The notes beneath the pieces are model-generated. The model had not been told where the DNA came from and searched no databases. It was given only the letters and a program-made list of their open reading frames with translations. Both the position numbers and the translations under genes were made by a program. Shown in pieces: positions 11,833 through 23,795 of a stretch of 64,000 nucleotides of DNA; position 1 is the stretch's first letter, and each line of letters starts with the position of its first letter. The stretch is from Ranitomeya imitator (Eukaryota). Location: NCBI RefSeq assembly GCF_032444005.1, contig NC_091287.1:329344001-329408000 (forward strand). The letters run 5' to 3'.

Positions 11833-13511
11833 AGTAGACACATATATGTATATATATTGCTATTTTTTCCAGCGCTATACAGCTTGAAAGCCGGTAATTC
11901 AATTACCGGCTTTTTCTTTCTCCTTCCTAAAACCCGACATGATTTGAGACATGGTTTACATACAGTAAACCATGTCTTCTCTCCATTTTTTTTGCAGATT
12001 CCACACTACTAATGTCAGTAGTGTGTATCTGCAAAATTTGGCCGTTCTAACTCTTAAAATAAAGGGTTAAATGGCGGAAAAAATTGGCGTGGGCTCCCGC
12101 ACAATTTTCTCCGCCAGAGTAGTAAAGCCAGTGACTGAGGGCAGATATTAATAGCCTGGAGAGGGTCCATGGTTATTGGCCCCCCCCTGGCTAAAAATAT
12201 CTGCCCCCAGCCACCCCAGAAAAGGCACATCTGGAAGATGCGCCTATTCTGGCACTTGGCCACTCTCTTCCCATTCCCGTGTAGCGGTGGGATATGGGGT
12301 AATGAAGGGTTAATGCCACCTTGCTATTGTAAGGTGACATTAAGCCAGATTAATAATGGAGAGGCGTCAATTATGACACCTATCCATTATTAATCCAATT
12401 GTAGTAAAGGGTTAAATAAAACACAAACACATTATTTAAAATTATTTTAATGAAATAAAAACAATGGTTGTTGGAGTATTTTATTCTACGCCCAATCCAG
12501 TCACTGAAGACCCTCGTTCTGTGAAAGAAAAAACATAATAAACCAACAATATACTTACCCTCCGCAGATCTGTAACGTCCAACGATGTAAATCCTTCTGA
12601 AGGGGTTAAAACATTTTGCAGCAAGGAGCTTTGCTAATGCAATGCTACTCCTCGCTGCAAAACCCCGGGGAATGAAGCTAAATATAGATCAATGAGCTAT
12701 ATTTAGCTTCATTTGCGGTGAGGCGCCCTCTGCTGGATGTTCATAGATCGTGCCGGGGGGGGGGGCAATAACCATGGACCCTCTCCAGGCTATTAATATC
12801 TGCCCTCAGTCACTGGCTTTACTACTCTGGCGGAGAAAATTGCGCGGGAGCCCACGCCAATTTTTTCCGCCATTTCACCCTTTATTTTAAGAGTTAGAAC
12901 GGCCAAATTTTGCAGATACACACTACTGACATTAGTAGTGTGGATTATGCAAAAAAAATGGAGAGAAGACATGGTTTACTGTATGTAAACCATGTCTCAA
13001 ATCATGTCGGGTTTTAGGAAGGAGAAAGAAAAAGCCGGTAATTGAATTACAGGCTTTCAAGCTGTATAGCGCTGGAATAAATATTAATATATATACATAT
13101 ATGTGTCTCACTGACATATATGTATATATATACCTATTCTATGTGTACACATTTATTCTACCTATTGGACTGTAAGCTGTCAGTGTGATTTTACTGTACA
13201 CCGCACTGAATTGCCGGCTTTTCTCTCTAACAGCGCTGCGTATTTCTCGCAAGTCACACTGCTTATCCGTGTGTAATCCGTATTTTTCACGCTTCCATAG
13301 ACTTTCATTGGCGTATTTCTTGCGCAGTACGGTGACAAACGCAGCATGCTGCGATTTTGTACGGCCGTAGAAAGCCGTATAATACTGATCAGTAAAATAC
13401 GGCAGATAGGAGCAGAGGCATAGAGAATAATTGTGCCGTATTTTTTGCGAGTTTTACGGACGTAGTTTCTGCGCTCTTACGTCCGTAAAACTAGCAAGTG
13501 TGAAGCCGGCC
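11535..13511. mobile_element. Non-autonomous PIF/Harbinger element (1977 bp)
   Basis: TIR GGCCGGCTTCACACT / AGTGTGAAGCCGGCC; TAA on both sides (11532-11534, 13512-13514). Subterminal sequence matches both ends of 15599-20259 in opposite orientation. Confidence 0.92.
11791..11829. repeat. (TA)n microsatellite
   Basis: Uninterrupted TA run. Confidence 0.95.
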
Positions 13512-13514
13512 TAA

Positions 13515-13889
13515 GGGTATGTTTCCACATTCAGGAAACGCTGCGTGTTTGACGCTGCGTAGAGACGCAACGTCCAGATGTTACAGCATAGTGGAGGGGA
13601 TTTCATGAAACCCCGTCTCCACTAGTCGTGGTAACACGCATCTGGCGGCCCTGCGATTCCGGGCATACAGCAAGTCTTTTAAGATCGCAGCATGTCCGTT
13701 TACCCTGTGGCGACGCTGCGCCGCTGCAAGGTATAACACAGGCCCCTATGTGTGGGGTGTGATGATTCCGGATGTGTGCAATGAACACATCCAGCATCAT
13801 CGCGTCCCCAGAAGGGGGCGGAGTATTGGTCGGAGCAAGTTTGCCGCTCCGTCCAAACCGCCGGCCATCCTGAACGTGGACACGTACCC
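13515..13889. mobile_element. Harbinger-type MITE
   Basis: Imperfect TIR GGGTATGTTTCCACATTCAGGA / TCCTGAACGTGGACACGTACCC; flanks TAA and TTA. Abuts the previous element across a single TAA. Confidence 0.8.
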
Positions 13890-15227
13890 TTAAGGGCTCA
13901 GATGGCTGCTGCTGCTGCTGCTGGCTCCGTATTCTTAACCATGGTGTATTATTTTTTTCTTTTTTGTGGTGTTTTCGCAACATTTGTTGAAGCTTTTTTG
14001 TCATTGCAGTGCTTTGTTTACACTACATTTTTAATAAAATTAGTTTTATTGACTTTAAAAACGCATTGAAAAACACCTCAAAAACATCCCAAAAATGTGT
14101 TGCAGTTTTTGCAGTGGTTTTTAAACATTCTCATTTCTTTCTATGCGTGCAAAAACACTACAGAAATGCTGAAAGAAGTGACCCTGTTGTGGATTTAAAA
14201 ACTGCGATTTTCAAATTCAGTCAGGAAGCAAAAACAAGCGTGTGCATGAGATTTTTGGAATATCATAGCTTTTACTGGTACTGTCTCCTTCACACATCCA
14301 TGTTTCCAGTATGTGTGGTATTCATTTTTATTCACAAATACCACACCGTGCATAGCAAAATACCGTATCCATTATAGCGTATGGTGCTATGCACATGTCC
14401 ATGACCAAGTGTCTGTGCAAAACACAAGGAGACATGTCCGATCTTTTCCAGCAGCACAGATTACAATGGCCAATATAAGTATGGGTCCATGAAAAACACG
14501 TAGAGCATATAAATGGCATCCATGTGCTGTACTTGTACTGCAAGTGTTTAACATTGCAAAGTATAGGAGAAGCTTTGTCATTTTATCATTTCTTTAACCA
14601 TACCGATAAAACACTGATGACACACTGATGGTAAAAACGGACACAGTTTTTACACCGGTACCGTGTTTTCACTTATGTTTATTTTATCTCATAGCCTTGG
14701 CTGATATTGTATAAGGCCTCCTTCACACATCCATGTTTCCAGTACGCGTGGTATCTGTTTTTTTCACGGATACCACACGTAACCATAACGTATGGTGCTA
14801 TGCATATGTCCATGATTTTACACAGAAGTGTGTCCGTGCAAAACACAGAGACATGTCCGTTTTTTTTCTTCAAAATGGCAAGGACCAATACAGATCTATG
14901 GGTCTGTGAAAAACTTAAAGCACATGGTTGCCAACCATGTGCCATCTGTGTGCGGTACATGTTTAACATTACAAAGTATAGGAGAAGCTTTTTAATTTAT
15001 TTGAATCAAGTTACAAAGCTTCTCCTATATTTTGCAATGTCTTGGCCTGGAATCACAAGAGAGTATAACATCTTACACGAGAGGATCATATGCGAGATGC
15101 TAATGACACTCGGCTCCAGGTCAGCGTGAGACAAGTGTCCTACTAATGTGCTCTGATCCTCTCGCCTGAGGAAATCACTACACAAGTGCAGAGGAGACGG
15201 AGAAAGTAATTTCTCAATCTCCTCCAA

Positions 15228-15595
15228 GCTATGCGCACATGTTGTGGATTGGGGTGCAGAATTTTCTGCACAAAATCTGCATCTCCTGGCAGAAAACGCA
15301 GGTACAGATTTGATGCGTTTTTTATGTGGATTTTATGCATTTTTGTTGCGGATTTGATGCAGATTTTGTGCGGATTTCATGCGTTTCTTAACCCTGCAGA
15401 TTTCTATTTTGGAAGGGTGCAGAAACGTTACAGATCCTCACAAAAGAAGTGACATGCTCCTTCTTTTGATCTGCAGCGTTTTCCATGCGGAATTTTCCGC
15501 ACCATTAGCACAGCATTTTTTTTTCCTATTGATTTACATTGTACTGTAAATCACTTTGCAGATCCGCAGTAAATCCGCATCGTGTGCACATAGCC
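15228..15595. mobile_element. Harbinger-type MITE
   Basis: Begins GCTATGCGCACATG and ends CGTGTGCACATAGCC followed by TAA. A related 5' part occurs at 21588-~21830. Confidence 0.75.
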
Positions 15596-15951
15596 TAAGG
15601 CCGGCGTCACACTAGCAAGTTTTACGGACATATGAGAGGCGCAGAAAATACGGATTGCGTATGGTACAATGATTCTCTATGGCCCAGCTCCTATCTGCCG
15701 TGTTTTATGGATCCATATTATACGGTCTTGTATGGCCGTAGAAAATCGCAGCATGAAAGTCTATGGGGGCGAGAAAAATATGGATTACACACGGACCAGC
15801 AGTGTGACTTGCGAGAAATACGCCAGACATTTCCAGGTGCCAGGAATTGTGCCAAGCCCTCAATCAGGAAGCTCAGACATGCTAATTAGCTGAAAAAGCC
15901 ACACAGACATCCCGGAAGTCTGGTGCTCGCCTCCACGAAGTTCCAAGCAGC

Positions 15952-18101
15952 ATGGCCAGCATAATCAACGTAGATATGCTCCTCATCCTGGTCCAAGAAA
16001 GGCATGAGATTTGGGACCAGCGTGATCCAAACTATGCCAACCGGGCCCGGAAAGAGGCAGCTTGGAGGACCATCTGTGGGATCCTATTCCCAGATTATGC
16101 CCAATGGCCACGTGCGGAGCAGACACAACTTTGTAAATACACTCATGTGTCGACATTAATTAACCTTGAAAAATGCTTTACCTACATGATTGCAGGAAGA
16201 ATATTTTTGGCCTTAGTTTGGTTTTTTTTTTGCCTTTTTTTGAAAAAAACAAAGATGATTAACATGAGAAAGGGTTTACGTACATAGCTAATATAGATGT
16301 TGCGTTGGGTACTATTTTTGTTTACGCATTTTATTATTATCGTTAAAATATGATCTATCAATCCTGTTTAAAGCAATGTGCAGAATGAGATTAAACAATA
16401 TTTGTTACCATGTCATTGCAGTGGATGATGTTATGAGACGATGGCGCAGCATCAGGGACCAGTACCGGCGGGAAAGGCAGCAGCGGGCAAGAAGTGGGTC
16501 AGCAGCACCAACCAAAAAAAGAAAGTACATATATTACGATTGACTTTCCTTTTTGGATGCCAGTATGGATCTAAGACAGTAAGTAAAAACAACACAACAC
16601 TTTTTTTTTTTTAAGATTAGTATTAATATTGTTTTTTCTTGCTCTAGCGCCATTTATTCCATGGTGCTTTACATGTTAGGAGGGGTAAACATATTCCCAA
16701 AAATATTGTACAAAAATCCCCCCCCCAAAAAAAATTGGTACCGGAGGAGAGAGGACCCTGCCCACAAAGTCTCACAAGCTACAGCAAGGGATGGGTGAGA
16801 ATACAGTAGGCAAGGGTAGAGCTGTTCATGCAGTGATTTGGTCAATCGGTGGGTACTGCAGGTTATATGCTTGTCGAAAGAGGTGGGTCTTCATGCTCTT
16901 TTTGAAGCTTTCAATGGTAGGCGAGAGTCTGATGTGTTGTGGTAGTGGTTTCCACAGTAGGGGTGATACACCAGATAAATCTTGTATACGATTGTGGGAA
17001 TAGGAGATAAGAGGAGTACAGAAGGAGATCTTGTGAGGATCTGAGGTTGCGTGTAGGTGATTACCGAGAGTCGTGGTCACACATGTATAATAAACTTATG
17101 TTAGAAAATTGCCAAAATATTTATTGTATTATTTTTATTTTTTTCATTACAGAACTCAATCCAACCTCACTGAGAGGGAGACCGGTTCGGACTCGGTGGT
17201 TATGATAGATCCAGTTCCTGTTGACAAAGAGGTGGCGGTCCCATCTTTGTCTTCAACATCCTCCATCCTTCCTGGAACATCGGCTTCTGCATCTCAACAG
17301 ACTGCACCAACTTTACAAGATGCAGCACCATCAACATCAGCAGCACCACCTGATCCTGTAAGCAAGGAAGAGCATGGACACAGCAGCAGCCCTACCCTCC
17401 CACTGATGTCCTCCCCACAGGCATCTGGGGCTTTACGCAGAGGCCGCAGAAGGAGAGAGCTGCAAGCCAATAGGAGGGATTTTGACACTGGGGTCCTCAA
17501 CTATTTGGCCAGGGGAACCACGGATGATAGAAGAGGCCTTTGCACGCAACCTTGCCCGTTACCTTCATCCCCTTCCCCGTGAGGTGAGGCTACATGTGAG
17601 AGGGTGTATTCAAATCCTGATTGATTTAAGCACCCCTCCAAATAACCTCTATGAGGTGTTTGATTTTCTTGAGAGTAGGCAACTTTCACAAAATAACCTC
17701 TTGCGCCTTCAAATAACTCAACAGGTGCATGGTCAATCAGGATTTGAAGCACCTCCTCCACGCATGCCTACACCTCAACCCCTCCCAACCCAAAATCAAC
17801 AAAGGCCAGCACCGTACCAAAAGGCAGCCTACAACCCACCTTCCCAATATGGCCACTTTTCCAGACCCAGTGATGTAGGCTGGTCCCAAAATGGGTTTGG
17901 ACAACATGGCCATTTTGGGGGTGGGTATGAGTCCAGCCAATATGTCCGTCAGCAAGAGGGCCAGAGACAAATACCTTATGGCCAATACCCAACTGGCCAA
18001 TATGAACAAGGCCAGTATTTGGCTCAGCAACCCACAGCATCCACACAGGATGAGGGACAATTGGCCCAACAAAGGCCCCCTGAACTTACAGGAATCTGTA
18101 A
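15952..18101 (+). pseudogene. Harbinger Myb/SANT (MADF)-like DNA-binding protein, 3 predicted exons (15952-16132, 16422-16578, 17153-~18101)
   Basis: Splicing at GT/AG joins frames: VDMLLILVQERHEIWDQRDPNY...AWRTI / DDVMRRWRSIRDQYRRE...YIYYD*LSFL / TQSNL.... There is an in-frame TGA at 16541-16543 and a frameshift near 17528 before EEAFARNLARYL. The 3' end is approximate. Confidence 0.82.
16640..17066 (-). mobile_element. L2 3' fragment in intron 2 of the Harbinger Myb gene
   Basis: Minus-strand translation RIQDLSGVSPLLWKPLPQHIRLSPTIESFKKSMKTHLFRQAY matches the L2 ORF2 C-terminal pattern. Confidence 0.85.
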
Positions 18102-18520
18102 GCCAAAGTTTGTTTGTTTTTGTTTGTTACGCAAAACCATGTGTTTGGTTATTTTGTGCTGTATTTGCACTTTGTTGTGTTTTGTTTTTCAAAAAAAATA
18201 CAAAAACAAAAAAAAAGATAACCATATGAAAAAAATATGGTTACAAGTTTACAACAAAAGGCTTTTGCTCTAAGTAAAAAATGTTGTCAAAAGCCAATAG
18301 ATGTTTGTGGACCAATCATTATTACATCACACACATATGCTCTGTTCATAATCACCTGGTAATTAAGGAAATACAACACACAGAGTACTGTTTGTGTACA
18401 CAAAAATATTTTATGTTGATATTATATTTTGAAAATAAGAAAATCACAACTGAGAAACAGCATAATCTTGCCAGGGAGTAGCACCCTGAGGAGAAACAAA
18501 ATAATTTGTGAAAATATCTC

Positions 18521-19925
18521 TCACTTTGATTCCAGAAAGGGGACGGCGTGGAGGAGGACCATGTGGTGTAGGGCATTGGGCAACATTTCTTCACCAAGAA
18601 CAGCTGACAGGCAATCATGAAGTCTAGTAAAATTGTGCAAAACAACACAAGCCTTAATCACTTCATTAATAGTAGCCTCACTCAGCTGAATGGCAGACTG
18701 GAGGAGATGCCATTTGGCACACAGAATCCCAAAGGCACACTCCACCAGTCTACGCGCCCTGGAAAGCCTAAAATTAAAATCACACCGCCGGTGATCCAGG
18801 TTGCTCCTGGGATAAGGCCTCATGACATTCCTTGTCAATTGAAAGGCCTCATCTCCCACAAGAACATATGGCACTGCTTCAGCATTGGAGCCTGGGAGTT
18901 GTGGTGGTGGGAGGTCAAACTGGTTTTCACGTAGCCGCTGACCCATAATGGACGAATTGAAGACCCTTCAGTCTCCTGTTCGCCCATAGGCCCCAATGTC
19001 TACAATTATAAACCTGTAGTTATTGTCAACTACAGCTAACAGAACTACAGATAAAAACTGCTTATAATTGAAGAATTGGGAGCCAGAGTTTGGCAGCTTA
19101 CGCACCCTGATATGTTTCCCATCCAGGGCTCCAATGCAGTGTGGGAAGTCACAAGTGTCATTGAATCCATGGGCTATTTTTATCCAGTCAGCCATTTTTG
19201 GCTCAGGCATGACAACTTCATGTGGTTTAGCCCATATTTCCATACATGTTGAGCGCACAATGCCAGAAATCAGAAACTCCAGGTGTAGTCCCGCATAAGG
19301 CAAGCAAGTTGACAGGAAGCTGAAAGGACCCAAAAAAACATATTAGTCATGTAACAATAGTTTAGATAAAACATAAGAAATCGCATGTATGTTGTTTACT
19401 AGAAAACACTGGAATATAAATTAAATTTATCCATATTTACCTAGGGGACATAAGTAAAACATTACAAAAATATATTGTTCTTGTGGTTTGCTCCTAAGTT
19501 ACACTTATATTTTAAAAGAGCTGCTAGCAAACAACCCAGAAAAAAAAACATCATCAACATACAGTATGTGAGGATGTTGAATACATACTGTAAGGTAAGG
19601 AGAAGACGCTCTTCTGCGGATATGCTTTTTCGCATCCTGGTGTCCTGGTACGTGAGTCCTAGACGTACTGTCTCCAACAAGATATCAAATGTTGGTATTG
19701 TCATTCTACAGTATAGGTAGAATTATCAGGATGTGCACGCAGAGCTGTATAGAGCCTCTGAAAATGGCCTTTAGTGAGGCGTTGGGTCAAAAGAGGATGC
19801 ATCCACATTCTTCTTCTCCTCCTTCGCGGATCTACAATCACAGGATATGGCTGGCCAAACCGACGGGACAAGATCCAGTTAAACAAAACCCGCTGAGTTG
19901 GGGTGAAGTGCAGTAGGTCAGACAT
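18521..19925 (-). pseudogene. Harbinger (HARBI1-like) DDE transposase, 2 predicted exons (19925-19589, 19319-18521)
   Basis: Motifs SAEERLLLTL, FPHCIGALDGKH, FFNYK...LLAVVD, LVGDEAF, RARRLVECAFGIL, ACVVLHNF. Intron GTATGT..TTTCAG. Frameshift near 19724 and in-frame TGA at 18970-18968. Confidence 0.9.
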
Positions 19926-20719
19926 GGTGCAAACATTACCACAACACAACAAAAGATGCACAACCACAAAATGGCCATATGGGTGGGTGCCACCTGTTGT
20001 AGAGGCTTTAAATAGGGTTGCTGATGCTGATTTAAATTAATTTCAGCCTCAAAATCCGTTAAATGTCCATTTTGTCAGGTTGTGTGGAAAATACGCATTA
20101 CGGATGTCATACGGATTACATACGCAACATTACATGCGCAAAATACGCGACCACACCTTGCCAACGGATTTCATACGGATCATCATTTCTGGAATTTTTC
20201 GGCGTATTACGGCCGTAAAATACGGACTGTATTTCCATACGCTGAGTGTGACGCCGGCCTTACACTGAGTCTGAAACTGCTGCTTATACCATCTCTCATC
20301 TCTTTCTCCCTTGTAAATTGAATCTCTTTAATGGACCTCATTTACACAGAAATATTTTGATCAGTATTTCACATCAGTATTTGTAAGCCAAAACCAGGAG
20401 AGGAATAATAAGACAAAAAGTATAATGGGAACATGTGCACCACGTTTGCATTTTTCCCCACTCCTAGTTTTGGCTTTTAAATACTGATGTGAAATACTGA
20501 CCAAAAATACTTATTCCAAAACTGCTACTGTGATCTTCTTCACTGGTGCAGTTATTTAATATATTACTGTCTGGAGTATTTGCCTTTCATTTTAGGACTT
20601 TCTCTTCCTATCTCTATTGCTGAGCTGTGAGCTCTGACAAACTTTCATCCCGAAATCACTATAAGGGCAGGTGCAGAGGATCACACATTGGTTCTAACCC
20701 AGACCAAAATTATACAATC

Positions 20720-21527
20720 GGGCCATGCACGTGTCGATTTTTTTTCCTCTGACAGAGACGGTCCGGGAAAAAAATTTCAGGATGTCCGAGTTTGATCCAA
20801 TATTCGGATTGCACTCGTCTATGCAAGTCAATGAGTCTGTGGAAACCACAGGACTGCACTTGGATGACATCTGGGTGTAGCCCAATTTCCAGTCTCACAG
20901 AATGTGAGTTTGATCACAGTGTGATCTGATTTTCGCGGATGTGGGGATTAAAATTTTTTTTCAATTTTCTCTTTTATGTCAGTCCATGAAAATCAGACCG
21001 ATAGACATAAATCGCAACTCATGCATACTGCGACTTTTTCCTTGGACCAAGGAAAAAAATCAGACGTGCACGACCCCATAGAATAACATGAGGACAAGTG
21101 TCATCCGTGAAAACAATGGATAGCACTCATCCAATTTTTACGGTCATGTGCACAAGCCCTAAGGGTAGGACAATTTTGTTTCTCACTATCATCTGTGTGC
21201 AGTCCATATAAAATAGCTTTTTTTACAGCAACTATTAATCATTTACAAGACTATTTACAGTTTTGTATGCTATAGAATTGCAATATATTTGTAAAAATTG
21301 AATGCTATACTGTTGCATCCCATTTTCCTTGTGCACTCACAGATGAGTGGGTGAAACTCATCCAATTTCCAGGAAGTAACTAGTGCTTGCTGCAATTTTT
21401 TTCACACGCAGATTCGGTCAGTGAAAAGAATTAATCATCTGCAATACCCCATTGAATAACATTGGTCTGAGTGCTGTCGTTTTATTCACAGCACTTGAAC
21501 TGACAATATGGTCATGTGAACGAGCCC
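20720..21527. mobile_element. Two abutting degenerate Harbinger-type MITEs (~20720-21159 and 21163-21527)
   Basis: Right ends GTGCACAAGCCC-TAA and GTGAACGAGCCC-TGA; junction CCC-TAA-GGG. Left ends are decayed. Confidence 0.55.
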
Positions 21528-21881
21528 TGAGGTCGGCTGCAAATGAGCATCTGTAAAATCATCTGAGTCTCATCCAAAAAACTCTGAGGCTATGTGCACA
21601 CGTTGTGGATTTGCCTGTGGAATTTTCTGCGTGGATTCTTCCTCTCTTGGCAGAAAATGAAGTTGAAAATCCACGCATTTTTGATACAGATTTTCATGCG
21701 GATTTGTATGCATTTTTGTAAGCTAAATAAAGATCTATTATTTAAGAAAAAAAACTGTGATGTAATGTCTTTGTCCAACCTCTTCTTTTACATGCTCCAT
21801 TGAAGACCATAATATCATCACATACCATATTCAAATATAATGTTTACACACACAAAACAAATATAAGTGAATATCTATAGG

Positions 21882-22114
21882 TAATAATAATCTTTATATA
21901 GCGCTAACATATTCCGCAGCACTTTACAGTTTGCACACATTATCATCACTGTCCCCGATGGGGCTCACAATCTAAATTCCCTATCAGTATGCTTTTGGAA
22001 TGTGGGAGGAAACCCACGGAGAACATACAAACTCCTTGCAGATGTTGTTGTTGGTGGGATTTGAACCCAGGGCCCCAGCACTGCAAGGCTGCAGTGCTAT
22101 CCATTGAGCTGCCC
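21882..22114 (-). mobile_element. tRNA-derived V-SINE-type element with L2-like tail
   Basis: Minus strand shows an A-box-like AGCTCAATGG, a B-box GGTTCAAATCC (22057-22067), a central GTTTGTATGTTCTCC..GTGGGTTTCCTCCCACATTCCAAA resembling the V-domain, and a tail TGTAAAGTGCTGCGGAATATGTTAGCGCTATATAAAG plus (ATT)n. A (TAGA)n run is adjacent at ~22115-22187. Confidence 0.85.
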
Positions 22115-22276
22115 AGATAGATATAGATAGACATATCTATAGATAGATAGATCTATAGATAGATAGACAGATCTACAGATAGATATATAATACCAAGCAC
22201 GATGTTTAGTGATAAACATAATAAATAGTACATAAAGAGTTAAATAAAGACATATAAACACACAAAATCTTAAAAA

Positions 22277-22472
22277 GGCCGGGGTCAAACTTGCGAGAAA
22301 CTCGCATGAGTCTGGCACCTCAGTACCTGGCACTGCTGCCGGCCCTCGGACCGGGGCGTTCAGCTGCATAGAAATACCTGCAGCGGCACACTCTGGTCCC
22401 GAGTGCCAGCGGCAATGTCGGGTACTGAGATGCGAGACTCGAGTGAGTTTCTCGCAAATGTGACCCTAGTCG
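22277..22472. mobile_element. Palindromic ~200-bp Harbinger-type MITE, degenerate
   Basis: GGCCGGGGTCAAACTTGCGAGAAACTCGC ... GAGTTTCTCGCAAATGTGACCCTAGTC; self-complementary along its length. Confidence 0.7.
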
Positions 22473-23795
22473 TAAACACAATATGTTTCATTTAAAAAAA
22501 AGGAAAAAAATGGCGTGGGCTCCCGTGCAATTTTCAAAACCTGACAGGTAAAGCCAGTGACTGGGGGCAAATGTTTATAGCCTGGGAAGGGTGTAATACC
22601 CAAGGAGCTTGCCAGGCTATTAATATCAGCTCACAGCTGTATATTTAGCCTTTACTGGCTATTTAAAGAGAGTAGCCCCAAAAAATGACGTGGGGCCCCC
22701 CTATAATTAATAAGCAGAAAAGGCTATGCAGACAGCTGCAGGCTGATATTAATAGCTTGGGAAGGGGCCATGGATATTGGCCCCCTGGCTACAAATACCA
22801 CCTCCCATTGAATCTAATGGGGTTCGGGTACGTTCGTTGAACCGTTTGGAAAACTGTACAGCGAATGGAGGTACGTTTGGCGGATCCAAACCGAGCAGGA
22901 GATGTGGTATGATCAGACCATCCTCCTGCAGTGTCAGATACAGCCATTACAGAGTACACAGCAGGGGCACATTTACAAGATTTTCTCAGCACAGAAACAA
23001 TTTTTTTAAACACATTGAATTGTGAACTTATTATTATTTCAAGATCAAGATTGTAGGGTCAGATATTACGGTGATATGTGACGATGTGGAATCTACTGGT
23101 AAGCTAACATTTAGTAGTTTGCAGCCAGTATTACTCTAGAATAAATCAGATAAGGCAGCACTCTGTAGCGCTATAACATGCAAACATAAAATCTGAAAAT
23201 TTAATTGCATTACTGCACTTGAAACATGAAAAATTGAGAATGCTTAGCGCATAAATTGGCCAATTCATGTGTACCTGGCAGCACGTTAAGGCGATTCTTG
23301 ATACCAGGACCTATTTCTAATCCTCACTTAGACAGTCAACATAACTCTGAGAACCTAATATGAATCCTCTCTAGACAAAAGTCTATATCTCAATGGAGGG
23401 GTAGAATCCTGCTGCAATTAAAAACGCCTTAGGCTGAGGGGTGGAGTGCTCAGTTAGAATGCTAATGCAAATATCAAAAATATTGACCGTCACATCCAAA
23501 CATAAATCAGGTCTGAACAGGTCTGAACAGGTGCTTACCTAGTAAAGACAATTTTTGACGTTTCAGAGTCTGTTAAATCTGTTAAATTTTTTTTGTTCCA
23601 TTTTGCCTGAGCAAAACAAAATGCCAATAATTCTGCACACCTTTATAAAGGGTTCTGATATTCACACCTGCCCTCATTACATAAATATGCATCACCTGAT
23701 ATGCTTCATCAAATTAGCATTCAAGTTTATACAGCTTGAAGTTGAAAATAAGCATAAAAATGATGATATGGTTAAAATACTGATTTGTCTAATAA

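Larger units (their letters stand above)
15599..20259. mobile_element. Full-length, disabled PIF/Harbinger transposon with convergent Myb/MADF and transposase genes
   Basis: TIR GGCCGGCGTCACACT / AGTGTGACGCCGGCC; flanks TAA (15596-15598) and TTA (20260-20262); two convergent genes inside. Confidence 0.93.

Noticed and set aside
11488-11887. ORFs with IYIYIY runs
   Set aside because: Translations of the (TA)n microsatellite.
23044-23098. Exon-like segment (IKIVGSDITVICDDVEST) with AG/GTAAGC boundaries
   Set aside because: Peptide not recognised, and it ends in phase 1, incompatible with the next candidate at 32105. Could be chance.
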